Shown in pieces: positions 27,034 through 36,047 of a stretch of 64,000 nucleotides of DNA. Within the stretch, counting starts at the first letter, position 1, and every line of letters begins with the position of its first letter. The stretch is from an uncultured Chloroflexia bacterium. Lineage in GTDB: Bacteria; Chloroflexota; Limnocylindria; Limnocylindrales; CSP1-4. Both the position numbers and the translations under genes were made by a program. The notes under the pieces were generated by a model. It searched no databases, was not told where the DNA came from, and worked only from the letters and a program-made list of their open reading frames with translations. The DNA is taken from positions 1,002,052-1,066,051 of the forward strand of contig CAWABV010000008.1 of assembly GCA_963780375.1 (NCBI GenBank), in the 5' to 3' direction.

Positions 27034-28283
27034 GAACCCGCGGTCGTCGGAACTCCCGTACGCGCGCCGGCGAGCTTGCGGAGCTTGCGCGCGGCGGGCT
27101 TCTCTGTGCCGACCAGCGTCTCCGAATCATCGCCGCGGATGAACGCCTCGACCCGCTCACGGCCGACGTCGTCCGGGATCTGGCGCGGCGGGCTCTTCAT
27201 GAAGTAGGCCGATGGGGCGACGAGCGTGCCCGACAGCCCGCGATCGAGCCCGAGCTTGAGGCAGCGGATCGCGTCGGTTATGACGCCCGCCGAATTCGGC
27301 GAATCCCAGACCTCGAGCTTCAGCTCGGCGTTGAGGGGCACGTCGCCGTACGTCGTGCCCTCCATCCGGATGTAGCACCACTTGCGGTCCTGGAGCCACG
27401 GCACGTGGTCGGACGGACCGACATGGACGTTGTCGGCATCGAGCTCGTAGTCGAGCATGCTCGTGACGGCGTTGGTCTTCGAGATCTTCTTCGACTCGAG
27501 GCGCTCGCGCTCGAGCATGTTCAGGAAATCGGTGTTGCCACCGAAGTTCAGCTGATACGTGCGATCGAGGCGAACGCCGCGGTCCATGAACAACCGCGTC
27601 AGGACGCGGTGGCTGATGGTGGCGCCGACCTGGCTCTTGATGTCGTCCCCGATGACCGGCAGGCCTTCTTCGGCGAAGCGCCGCTGCCAATACGGCTCGC
27701 GTCCGATGAACACGGGGATGGCGTTCACGAACGCGACGCCGGCGCGGAGCGCCTGCTCCGCGTACCACTTCGTGGCTTCCTCGCTGCCGACCGGGAGGTA
27801 CGACACCATGACGTCGACCTCACGCTCCTTCAGGATCCCGACGATGTCGGCAGTCTCCCCGGGCGCCTTCTCGATGATCTGGCTCAGGTACTTGCCGAGG
27901 CCGTCATGGACCATCCCGCGCTCGACCGTGACGCCGAGCTTGCCGGTGTGATGGAACACGAACGTATTGTTCGGCTTCGTGTAGATCGCCTCGCCGAGGT
28001 CCTTGCCGACCTTGTTCTTGTCGATGTCGAAGGCGGCGACGAACTCGATGTCGCGCACGTGGTAGCCGCCGAGGTTAACGTGCATCAGACCGGGCACGAA
28101 GTCGTCGTCGTTCGCGTTCTCGTAGTAGTGGCGACCCTGAACGAGGCTGCTCGCACAGTTGCCGACCCCGACGATGGCGACGCGGACCTTGCCATCGCCG
28201 CGCCGCCTGGCGCCAGCCCAGTCATTCGACGGTGTCGAACCGTTCGTGCCGTTCCCGTTCCCGTTCTTGCCGTTCGTGCTCAC
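27030..28283 (-). CDS. ino1: myo-inositol-1-phosphate synthase
   Basis: [18 protein letters not shown]...[29 protein letters not shown]...[22 protein letters not shown] are diagnostic MIPS motifs. Confidence 0.95.
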   Translation of the reverse strand: MSTNGKNGNGNGTNGSTPSNDWAGARRRGDGKVRVAIVGVGNCASSLVQGRHYYENANDDDFVPGLMHVNLGGYHVRDIEFVAAFDIDKNKVGKDLGEAIYTKPNNTFVFHHTGKLGVTVERGMVHDGLGKYLSQIIEKAPGETADIVGILKEREVDVMVSYLPVGSEEATKWYAEQALRAGVAFVNAIPVFIGREPYWQRRFAEEGLPVIGDDIKSQVGATISHRVLTRLFMDRGVRLDRTYQLNFGGNTDFLNMLERERLESKKISKTNAVTSMLDYELDADNVHVGPSDHVPWLQDRKWCYIRMEGTTYGDVPLNAELKLEVWDSPNSAGVITDAIRCLKLGLDRGLSGTLVAPSAYFMKSPPRQIPDDVGRERVEAFIRGDDSETLVGTEKPAARKLRKLAGARTGVPTTAGS

Positions 28284-28930
28284 GTCTGCTCCTGTTCGAT
28301 CGGGGGGCCCGCGGCCTCCCGGATGGCTTGTGCGCGGACATGGAGGATGCGCTGGAGGGTGGTGATGGTCGCCCCGACGGCGATGATGATCAGGGCGTAC
28401 TCGATGGCCTTGATGTCAGGCGGATCGGTGAGGATCAGACCGATCGAGACGATGACGAGCCGGACCTCCCGGGGCATGAGGCCGACGGCGGCCATCCCTC
28501 GCCCAGGCGTGAAGCCGAGGCCCTCGGACTTCGCGCGCGTGTAACTCACCATGAATGCCGCGCCCATCGCCGCGGCCGCCAGGATCGGCACGCGCTGGTG
28601 GCCAGCGAGCACCGCTCCCGCCACGATCCCGAGATAGACGATGGCCTCGCCCCAGCGGTCGAAGACGGAGTCCAGGAACGCGCCGAGGCGGCTGGCCTTC
28701 CCGGTCGCCCGGGCGAGCGTGCCGTCGAACATGTCGAAGACGCCGCCGACGAACACGACGAGACCACCCAGGGTCCAGCGTTCCGTCGCGATCAGCAGCG
28801 CACCGCTGACCGTGATCGCGAACCCGATCAGCGTCAGGGCGTCAGGCGTCAGGCCGAGCCGTCCCATGCCGAGTGCGATCGGTTCGAAGATGCCCTTGAT
28901 ACGGTCGCGGGCCTGGTTCGAGAGCGTCAA
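28280..28930 (-). CDS. pgsA: CDP-alcohol phosphatidyltransferase (phosphatidylinositol-phosphate synthase PgsA1-like)
   Basis: A TTG at 28930 forms a TTGA overlap with the arsR stop, giving a 216-aa product. It carries the CDP-OH_P_transf motif [30 protein letters not shown] and 5-6 TM helices. Confidence 0.8.
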   Translation of the reverse strand: MTLSNQARDRIKGIFEPIALGMGRLGLTPDALTLIGFAITVSGALLIATERWTLGGLVVFVGGVFDMFDGTLARATGKASRLGAFLDSVFDRWGEAIVYLGIVAGAVLAGHQRVPILAAAAMGAAFMVSYTRAKSEGLGFTPGRGMAAVGLMPREVRLVIVSIGLILTDPPDIKAIEYALIIIAVGATITTLQRILHVRAQAIREAAGPPIEQEQT

Positions 28931-29307
28931 CTCGCGATCCCCAGGATCGCGCGCTCGCGAGCGGCGACTTCGCCGAATGCCTCGGGTCGGAGGGTGCAGA
29001 TCGTCTCGCGGCCGACGCGACGCGTCTCCACGAGTCCGGCGGTGCGAAGCCGTTTGAGGTGGTGGCTGACGAGCGGCTGCGAGAGGCCCACGTGCGCGAT
29101 CAGCTCCGCGACACTGGCCTCGCCCTCGGCGAGTCGCCGGACGATGCGCAGGCGGTTCACGTCGGCGAGGGCCTTGTGGAAGGCGCGCAGTTCGCGCAGG
29201 TCCTCCGGCTGGAGGACGATCGAGGCTAGCGTGGAACGGAAGCGGGCGGGGGTCGGCACGTTCGGGTGGGGTTCTCCGGGGGGAAGGGTCGTCGGCGTGG
29301 GACGCAT
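28927..29307 (-). CDS. ArsR/SmtB-family HTH transcriptional regulator
   Basis: ALADVNRLRIVRRLAEGEASVAELIAHVGLSQPLVSHHLKRLRTAGLVETRRVGRETIC is a winged-HTH ArsR signature. It is the first gene of the overlapping PI operon. Confidence 0.75.
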   Translation of the reverse strand: MRPTPTTLPPGEPHPNVPTPARFRSTLASIVLQPEDLRELRAFHKALADVNRLRIVRRLAEGEASVAELIAHVGLSQPLVSHHLKRLRTAGLVETRRVGRETICTLRPEAFGEVAARERAILGIAS

Positions 29308-29337
29308 CAACGACCGTTGATATCAACGGATGTTGAT
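29306..29337. promoter_or_regulatory. tandem inverted repeats ATCAACG-ac-CGTTGAT and ATCAAC-ggat-GTTGAT; candidate ArsR operator in the divergent arsR/MFS promoter region
   Basis: The sequence atcaacgaccgttgatatcaacggatgttgat overlaps the arsR start codon and lies ~80 nt upstream of the divergent MFS gene. Confidence 0.5.
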
Positions 29338-29419
29338 GCTAGGAGCGCCTCGTGATGGTGTCAAGGCGTCGCCCCCGCCTCAGGGGATCACGCCGCTCGC
29401 CCGACTAGACTCGTCGACG

Positions 29420-31063
29420 ATGGACCGCGGGACCCGCCTCGTGCTGCTCGCCGTGTTCGGCGCCGGAGTGTTCCTGGCCGGGCTCGAGCTGATGATCACG
29501 GCCGTCGCCCTGCCGTCGATCCTCGCGGACCTCGTCGCCCCCAACGGGACGTCCGCCTGGACCGAGCTGCGCAAGGCCAGCTGGATCATCAACGGCTACC
29601 TGCTGGTCTACATCCTGATGATGCCGCTCGCCGGGCGCTTGGCCGACCTGTGGGGTGCCCGTCGCCTCGCCATGATCGCGCTGTCGATCTTCACGGTCGG
29701 CTCGGTGCTGGCGGGGATGACCCAGGACCTCGACCAGCTGATCGCGGCCCGGCTCGCCCAGGCCGTCGGCGGCGGCGTCCTCGTCCCGGTCGGGACCGCC
29801 GCCGCGGCGCATCTGTACGAGGACCATGGCCGGCCGCGGGCTCTCGGCGTCATCGGCGCGCTGACGTTCCTCGGCATGGCCGCCGGCCCGTTCCTTGGCG
29901 CCGCGGTCCTCTCGGCGATCCACCCGGAGTCCCTGCTCGAAGGAAGCGGCCTCGCCGAGAGCGGGATCGGCGCGGTGCTGGCACCGGCGTGGCGCTGGAT
30001 CTTCTTCGTGAACGTGCCCATCGCGCTGGCGGCGCTCGCGCTCGCGTGGGCGGCCGCGCCGGGCTGGGAGACGCCGCGACATCCCGGTCGGGTCGACATC
30101 GTCGGCGCGGCGCTGTTCGGCGTCGCCCTCGCCGGGGGCCTCGTGGCGCTGACGCTGATCGGCGCGCGGGGCGATCCGGGTGCCGAGGTCCCGCCCGATC
30201 GCGTGTCGGTGATCCTGGCCGTGGTGGCGGTCGTGGCGACGCTGCTCGCTATCCTTCGCGCCGCTCGGGTCCACGACCCGTTCCTCGACGTGCGGCTCTT
30301 CCGCCATGTCGGGTTCAGCGCCGCGAGCCTCGTCTCCCTGCTCACCGGCTATGCGTTCGCGACCGCGATCATCGGTGGGGCGGTCTTCGTCGATCGGGTG
30401 CTCTACGGGGGGCCGGACGAGCAGCGGCTGGCGCTCGGGGCGCTGGCCGGCGCGACCGCCATCGGTGCACTGTTGTCCGGATTCGCGGTCCGGGTCGCGA
30501 GCTTCCGGGTCGTGACCCTCGTCGGTCTGGCCGCGTCGGTCATCGGCCTGTTCGCGATGTCGCGCTGGACGCCATCCACGTCGATCGATGAGGCCGCCGG
30601 GGCACTCGGCCTGTTCGGCTTTGGGTTCGGCCTGTCCGTCACGCCCCGCTCGACGGCCGCGGTCGAAGCCGCCGGCCAGGCGGCCTTCGGAGCGGCATCA
30701 TCGGTGGTCACCGTCGCCCGGATGCTCGGGATGGCCGTGGGCCTCGCCGTCCTGACGGCATACGGGTCGACGACCATCGACCGGCTCTCGGCACAGGTCT
30801 ATGCGACACCCGACGCCTACCTCGCGTACATCCCCGAGAACCTGCAGGACCGACCCCTCAAGGACCCCCTCGTCGTCGAGGCGCTCGAGTCGTGGGCGTC
30901 GCGCGAGGCCGCGTCGATCATGGTCGGCCTGTACCTCGTCGCCGCCCTCGTCACGCTGGCGGCAGTGCCACCCGCGCTGGTGCTCGGCGGGGCGGCGCGA
31001 CGGGGAGCCGCCGCGCGTATGCTCCCCAACGATGGCGCTCCAGACCCCGGCTTCATCCTCTGA
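29420..31063 (+). CDS. MFS transporter, DHA2 (EmrB/QacA-like, 14-TMS) drug:H+ antiporter family
   Basis: ATG at 29420. MDRGTRLVLLAVFGAGVFLAGLELMITAVALPSILADL...WIINGYLLVYILMMPLAGRLADLWGARR matches the DHA2 N-terminal consensus. It is divergent from arsR. Confidence 0.8.
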   Translation: MDRGTRLVLLAVFGAGVFLAGLELMITAVALPSILADLVAPNGTSAWTELRKASWIINGYLLVYILMMPLAGRLADLWGARRLAMIALSIFTVGSVLAGMTQDLDQLIAARLAQAVGGGVLVPVGTAAAAHLYEDHGRPRALGVIGALTFLGMAAGPFLGAAVLSAIHPESLLEGSGLAESGIGAVLAPAWRWIFFVNVPIALAALALAWAAAPGWETPRHPGRVDIVGAALFGVALAGGLVALTLIGARGDPGAEVPPDRVSVILAVVAVVATLLAILRAARVHDPFLDVRLFRHVGFSAASLVSLLTGYAFATAIIGGAVFVDRVLYGGPDEQRLALGALAGATAIGALLSGFAVRVASFRVVTLVGLAASVIGLFAMSRWTPSTSIDEAAGALGLFGFGFGLSVTPRSTAAVEAAGQAAFGAASSVVTVARMLGMAVGLAVLTAYGSTTIDRLSAQVYATPDAYLAYIPENLQDRPLKDPLVVEALESWASREAASIMVGLYLVAALVTLAAVPPALVLGGAARRGAAARMLPNDGAPDPGFIL

Positions 31064-31175
31064 TGCCTCGCCCGGGAAACCGGGCGGGCCGGGCGCAAGA
31101 CGCTCAGGTGAGCCGCTGACGCGCCGCCGGACGCCGACCTCGGCATCGGGTCCCGGACGCATCCGTGTCGCGGCG

Positions 31176-32123
31176 ATGACCGACGGCACCGCGCGCGAGC
31201 TCGAGGGCGACGCCGCCATCAAGGCACTCCCCGACCTGCTCGATCGGCCCGAATCGTCCGTCTGGGTCGATCTCGCGGCGCCCTCCGCCGATCAAGTCGA
31301 GGCCGTCGGCAAGGTCCTTGGCCTGCACCCGCTGATCGTCGAGGACGTGCTGGAGGGCAACCAGCGAGCCAAGATCGAGACGACCGACGGCGTGGTGCAC
31401 ATCGTGATGTTCGCCCTCGAACGCAGCGAGTCCGTGATCATCAACGAGGTCGACCTCGTGCTCGGGCTTGGCTACCTGCTGACGGTCCACGACGTCGGCT
31501 GGGAGCCGCGCGAGTCCCACCACCTGCACGACGGCGTCGGGGCGGTCCTCAGCCACGGGCCGGATCACCTGCTGTGGGCCATCAGCGACGACATCGTCGA
31601 CGGCTATTTCCCGTACGCCGACCGACTGGGGGACGCGATCGACGACGTCCAGGACGCTGTCATCCGGGACGCGAAGCCCGAGACCCTCGAGCGCCTCTTC
31701 GCGCTCAAGCGCGAGCTCATCGAGGTCCGTCGGGCTGCCAGCCCGACCCGCGAGGTCTTCAACCAGCTGACGAACCGAGATATGACCTTCGTGGATCCTG
31801 ACGAGATCGTCTACTTCCGCGACATCTACGACCACGTCATCCGGCTGACGGACGAGCTGGACAACTACCGCGAACTCGCCTCTTCGACGCTCGACGTCTA
31901 CCTGACCCAGGTCAACAACAACCTGTCGGTGATCATGAAGCGACTGACCGGCGTCACGGTGATCCTCGCCGGCATCGGGGCCATCGCCGGCATCTTCGGC
32001 ATGAGCGAGGCGGGCGCCGCGCTCTCAGGCGCCGAGCGGGGCGGCTTCTGGGCGATCACCGCGGTCACCATCGCCTTGGGAGTGGGTGCCGCGTTCGTCC
32101 TGCGCCGGATCGGCTGGATCTAG
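31176..32123 (+). CDS. CorA-family divalent cation transporter (signature reads GMS rather than GMN)
   Basis: A cytoplasmic funnel domain is followed by two C-terminal TM helices flanking ...IAGIFGMSEAGAALSG..., with basic residues after TM2. Confidence 0.65.
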   Translation: MTDGTARELEGDAAIKALPDLLDRPESSVWVDLAAPSADQVEAVGKVLGLHPLIVEDVLEGNQRAKIETTDGVVHIVMFALERSESVIINEVDLVLGLGYLLTVHDVGWEPRESHHLHDGVGAVLSHGPDHLLWAISDDIVDGYFPYADRLGDAIDDVQDAVIRDAKPETLERLFALKRELIEVRRAASPTREVFNQLTNRDMTFVDPDEIVYFRDIYDHVIRLTDELDNYRELASSTLDVYLTQVNNNLSVIMKRLTGVTVILAGIGAIAGIFGMSEAGAALSGAERGGFWAITAVTIALGVGAAFVLRRIGWI

Positions 32124-32150
32124 GGGCTGACGCGCCGGCTGCGTACTCGG

Positions 32151-32870
32151 CTAGCCGCAGTTCACCGGCCGGGCGGTCGGGTGCGCCGCGTCGTGGTCGG
32201 TCGCACGCGCATCGATCGGCTTGGCGATGACCTGCGTGTAGCCGAACCGGCGACCGGGACCCTGCGACGTCTGCAGCCAGAGCTGCTCGCTCTTCGCCTT
32301 GGCCGGATCGTTGAGGCCGGTCGTGTACGGCTGGTCGCGACGGACCTGCGTGATCTCGTACCTGTACAGCCAGTCGTCGCTGGTCCATACCTCCACGGTG
32401 AGGCCGCGCTGGTCGTAGCCCCTCGTCTCCAGGAGGGGCAGGAACATGCCCTTCCGGGCGTGCGCGTAGATGTACGTCGCCTGGCCGAACCCCGGCTGCG
32501 AGAGCTGGGGCAGGTACATCGCCACGTTGCAGAACGGGTAGCCGGTATTGCCCTTGACGACGGCGAGGTCGATGCCGAGATCACGGACGCGCACCCGCGT
32601 CACCACGCGGTCCTTCGGCGGCAGTGTCGGCGTGGCCTCGGCGGTCGCTGTCGGCTGCGGGGTGCCGATCGGTGGCAGGGTGATGAGCGGCGTCGGGGTG
32701 GCGACGATGGCCGCCGATGGGTCGGGAGTCGGCCCGGTCCCCGGGTCGCCGGAACCGGCCGGGACCGGGACGGTGTACGTCAGAAGGCCGGCCGACAGGA
32801 TCGTCACGCCGAACGCCGTCAGCAGGGCGGGGAGCACGCGCGTTCGAAGCTCTTCCGAGGGGCCGACCAT
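32151..32870 (-). CDS. sortase-fold protein (class E-like) with Ser at the catalytic-Cys position; alternative upstream TTG start at 33143
   Basis: The order is TM anchor, Pro/Thr-rich linker, then a sortase beta-barrel pattern. PGFGQATYIYAHAR aligns to the His-containing PGxGNTVLAGHR motif of Streptomyces class E sortases. LTVEVWTSDDWLYRYEI is also present. The C-terminal EQLWLQTSQGP aligns to LTLTTCHP, i.e. TLxTC becomes TLxTS. Confidence 0.5.
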   Translation of the reverse strand: MVGPSEELRTRVLPALLTAFGVTILSAGLLTYTVPVPAGSGDPGTGPTPDPSAAIVATPTPLITLPPIGTPQPTATAEATPTLPPKDRVVTRVRVRDLGIDLAVVKGNTGYPFCNVAMYLPQLSQPGFGQATYIYAHARKGMFLPLLETRGYDQRGLTVEVWTSDDWLYRYEITQVRRDQPYTTGLNDPAKAKSEQLWLQTSQGPGRRFGYTQVIAKPIDARATDHDAAHPTARPVNCG

Positions 32871-32941
32871 GGGACGCGCATCGTAGCGTGGGTCGGGCGG
32901 GACCGCCGTCGGACCTCCGTACTGGTACCCTCCGCGCCAGC

Positions 32942-33613
32942 ATGTGGCCACGACTGTCGATCGTCGCCGGTCTGCTGACCGGTATCGCGGCCGCGGCACT
33001 GGTCCTCGGGGGGATCCTCCTGCTGGCCCCGGTGCCCGGTGCTGCGCCGACGCCCGCGCCCCAGCCGTCGGGCTCCTTCGCGCCGCCCGCGTCGGCGTCC
33101 CCGTCAGCCTCTGCGCAGGCCTCGGCCTCTGCGTCGTCCTCAAGCAGTGGCGGGTCCGCCGGGCCAGGCGCCGTGTTCCACGTCGGCGAGCCGGCGCCCG
33201 CGCTCGTCGTGCCCCAGGTCGGCGGTGGCGAGATCGACCTCGCGAACCTCAAGGGCAGCCCCGTGTGGGTCAACTTCATGGGCACCTACTGCCCGCCGTG
33301 TGTCGATGAATTCCCGCTGATGAACGAGTTCGCAGCCCGCTATGGCGACGAGGGGCTGGTCATCATCGCCGTCGACGTCAAGGAGGACGAGGGCACGGTC
33401 GCAGCCTTCGCCGACGGGCTGAACGCGACCTTCCCACTCGGCCTTGATTCGGACGGCTCGGCGCAGGCCCGCTGGGACGCCGTCGCGTTGCCGGTCCACT
33501 TCTGGATCGACAAGGACGGCGTGATCCGTGACGGGGCACAGGGCGGGATCGGCCCCGACATCATGGCCCGCGGGCTGCGTTCGATCATGCCGGGCGTCGA
33601 CGCCGAGGCGTGA
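32942..33613 (+). CDS. TlpA/ResA-like thioredoxin-fold thiol:disulfide oxidoreductase, membrane-anchored
   Basis: ATG at 32942. An N-terminal TM anchor is followed by the active site WVNFMGTYCPPCVDEFP (CPPC). It is divergent from the sortase-like gene. Confidence 0.8.
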   Translation: MWPRLSIVAGLLTGIAAAALVLGGILLLAPVPGAAPTPAPQPSGSFAPPASASPSASAQASASASSSSSGGSAGPGAVFHVGEPAPALVVPQVGGGEIDLANLKGSPVWVNFMGTYCPPCVDEFPLMNEFAARYGDEGLVIIAVDVKEDEGTVAAFADGLNATFPLGLDSDGSAQARWDAVALPVHFWIDKDGVIRDGAQGGIGPDIMARGLRSIMPGVDAEA

Positions 33614-34554
33614 CGCGCGCCGGCCGGTCGGACCCGGCCGGGCCGGTCTCGACGTCCGCAGCCGCGGTGTCGACCGCGGCCGACGTCGACGCCGCGATCG
33701 CCTCCCTGGTCGAGTCACCGCCGCCGCTCCTCGTCGTGATCGACTTCGACGGCACGCTGGCCGTCGGCTCACGCGATCCCGCGGTCGCCCGTATCGAGCC
33801 GCTCGCCCAACGCGCCCTGCGACGGCTCGGCGGCATCTCGACGGCCCGCCCGGAGCGTCTCCGGCTCGCGGTCCTGACCGGCCGCATCGTCGCCGACGTC
33901 GCAGCGCGCGTGCGCGTCGGCGGGATCGAGTACCTCGGCGACCATGGGCTGCAACACGGCCTCCTCGCCCGAGGCGCGCGAGCCGGGCGGCTGGCCGTCA
34001 CGACCGATCCGGCATTCGACGTCCATCGTGATCCGGCAGAGACGCTGGCGACGGGCGTCGCCAGCGAACTCGGGTCACCGTCCTGGCTGTTCGTGGAGCG
34101 GAAGGGACCGTCCGTGGCGTTCCACGTGCGCCAGGCCGACGACGTGGCGGCCGCCCGCGCCGCGGTCGTCGAGGCCATCGGGGCCGTGGAGCGCCGGCTC
34201 GGGCTCGTCCACGGGCTGGCTCACTATCGCGGCCGCTCGGTCGTCGATCTCCGTCCTCGCGAGGCCGGCGGCAAGCGCGAGGCGGTCGAACGGCTCATCG
34301 CGCGCCACCGACCGGGTGGTATCGCGGTCCTCGGCGACGAGATGAGCGACATCGACGCGTTCGAGGCGGTGATCGCGGCGCGGAACGGGACCGCCCGGGT
34401 CGGCGTGACGATCGCGGTCCACGGCGTCAGCCGACCGGCACCGCAGGAGCTCCTCGCACTCGCCGATCTGCAGCTCGGCGGAGCGCACCACGTCGGCCGC
34501 TGGCTCGCGGCGCTAGCGCGCCGGCTCGATGACCGGCCCGCGGCCCTCCGCTAG
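33610..34554 (+). CDS. otsB: trehalose-6-phosphate phosphatase-like HAD-IIB hydrolase
   Basis: The HAD motif I reads LLVVIDFDGTLA. The lysine motif reads GGKREAVERL, followed by VLGDEMSDIDAFE. The GTG overlaps the tlpA stop. Confidence 0.65.
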   Translation: MTRAGRSDPAGPVSTSAAAVSTAADVDAAIASLVESPPPLLVVIDFDGTLAVGSRDPAVARIEPLAQRALRRLGGISTARPERLRLAVLTGRIVADVAARVRVGGIEYLGDHGLQHGLLARGARAGRLAVTTDPAFDVHRDPAETLATGVASELGSPSWLFVERKGPSVAFHVRQADDVAAARAAVVEAIGAVERRLGLVHGLAHYRGRSVVDLRPREAGGKREAVERLIARHRPGGIAVLGDEMSDIDAFEAVIAARNGTARVGVTIAVHGVSRPAPQELLALADLQLGGAHHVGRWLAALARRLDDRPAALR

Positions 34555-36047
34555 CTCGGGATGGCCGAGATCGCGGCCGCGGCGCCCTCGACGATGCGCA
34601 GCAGCGGCGTCGGGACGAGGCCGAACAGGATCGTAAGCGCCGTGGCGGCGGCGAGGCCGCCCCACAGCAGGGCGCCGTGGCTCAGCGGCGGCGCGTCGGT
34701 TTCCGGGTCGCGCATGTACATGTAGACGGCGACGCGCAGGTAGTAGAACGCGGCCGCCGCCGCGTTGAGCACGACGAGCACCGCAAGCACCGTCAGCCAG
34801 CCGCCGGCCTGGACCGCGGCGAGGATCACGTAGGCCTTCGCCCAGAACCCGGCGAGGGGCGGGATGCCGGTCAGCGAGAGCAGGAACAGCAGCATCAGCG
34901 CCCCAAGCAGGGGCTCGCGCCGGCCGAGGCCGCTGAACGTCGCCAGACCGGACGTGACGCCGGTGCGCTTCTGGAGCGCCGCGACGACGGCGAACGCGCC
35001 GAGGTTCATGAACGTGTAGGCCGCTCCGTAGAAGAGCAGACCCTGCAGCCCGAGCACCTGACCGCCCGCGTACGCGGCGAGGCCGACCAGCATGTAGCCC
35101 GTGTGAGCGATCGAGCTGTAGGCGAGCATCCGCTTGACGTTGTCCTGCGTCAATGCCACGAGGTTGCCGACCGTCATCGTCAGCGCCGCGAGCACCATGA
35201 TCACCGGCAGCCACCAGTCCGACAGCGGTCCGAGCGCCTCCACGAACAAGCGGAGGATCAGCGCGAAGGCGCCGACCTTCGGGCCGACAGAGAGGTAACC
35301 CGTGATCGGCGTCGGCGAGCCCTGGTACGCATCCGGGGTCCAGTAGTGGAACGGGACGGCGGCGATCTTGAACGCGACGCCCGTCGTCAGGAATGCGAGG
35401 CCGACCGCCAGCCCGGCCTGGAGCGGCGCCTGTCCGGCCACGATCTGGCCGAGGATCTGGGTGATGCCCGGCCGTGATGGGTCGTCGCTGTCGATGAGGG
35501 TCGTGCCGGTGAGCCCCCACACGAACGCCAGCCCGAACAGGAAGATGGCCGAGCTGAACGACCCGAGCAGGAAGTACTTGATCGCGCCCTCGGTCGAATA
35601 GGCATCGGTCTTGTGGTAACCGGCAAGCAGATAGCCCGGCAGCACCATCAGCTCGAGCCCCAGGAACAGCAGCAACAGGTCGGCCGAGCCGGCGATGAGC
35701 ATCGCGCCCGTCATCGCGAAGATGAGCACCACCGCGAACTCGGCGATGGGCAGCCCGCGTGGCAGCAGGTAGTCGGGAGCGAAGACGATCGTCATCGCCA
35801 CGATCGTGATGAACAGGACGTCGAGGAACGTGGTGAGCGCGTCGACCTTGTACGAGCCGTTGAACGCGGTCGCCGTCTCCGCCCCGACCTGGATCGTCAC
35901 GAAGGCCGTGATGGCCAGCCCGATCAGGGCGGTGCCGATGGCCGGCCCATCGCGACCCGGCCATGCGAGGTCGACGATGAGGACGGCCGCGGCCGTCAGG
36001 ACCGCCGCGATCAATGGCGCGATGACGACGAGGTTGGCGAAGTCCAC
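34551..36047 (-). CDS. nuoN: NADH-quinone oxidoreductase subunit N
   Basis: A GTG at 36047 overlaps the nuoM stop by 1 nt. The product is a 14-TM antiporter-like subunit (...LELMVLPGYLLAGYHKTDAYSTEGAIKYFLLGSFSSAIFLFG...). It is last in the nuo operon. Confidence 0.9.
   Translation of the reverse strand: MDFANLVVIAPLIAAVLTAAAVLIVDLAWPGRDGPAIGTALIGLAITAFVTIQVGAETATAFNGSYKVDALTTFLDVLFITIVAMTIVFAPDYLLPRGLPIAEFAVVLIFAMTGAMLIAGSADLLLLFLGLELMVLPGYLLAGYHKTDAYSTEGAIKYFLLGSFSSAIFLFGLAFVWGLTGTTLIDSDDPSRPGITQILGQIVAGQAPLQAGLAVGLAFLTTGVAFKIAAVPFHYWTPDAYQGSPTPITGYLSVGPKVGAFALILRLFVEALGPLSDWWLPVIMVLAALTMTVGNLVALTQDNVKRMLAYSSIAHTGYMLVGLAAYAGGQVLGLQGLLFYGAAYTFMNLGAFAVVAALQKRTGVTSGLATFSGLGRREPLLGALMLLFLLSLTGIPPLAGFWAKAYVILAAVQAGGWLTVLAVLVVLNAAAAAFYYLRVAVYMYMRDPETDAPPLSHGALLWGGLAAATALTILFGLVPTPLLRIVEGAAAAISAIPS

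Noticed and set aside
28875-28890. A GGTTCGAAGA string resembling a tRNA T-loop.
   Set aside because: It lies inside the pgsA coding frame. No acceptor-stem, anticodon-stem or D-loop context exists around it. No convincing tRNA cloverleaf was found anywhere in the window.
28927-29326. The 348-aa pgsA ORF as listed, whose N-terminal 132 codons overlap arsR.
   Set aside because: The N-terminal extension is Arg/Pro-rich with no CDP-alcohol transferase similarity, and it overlaps a well-supported ArsR frame. A TTG at 28930 gives a 216-aa protein of normal PgsA size with a TTGA coupling overlap.
32124-32150. A terminator hairpin between the convergent corA-like and sortase-like genes (CGGCT...AGCCG).
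   Set aside because: It has only a 5-bp stem with a 12-nt loop, which is too weak to call.
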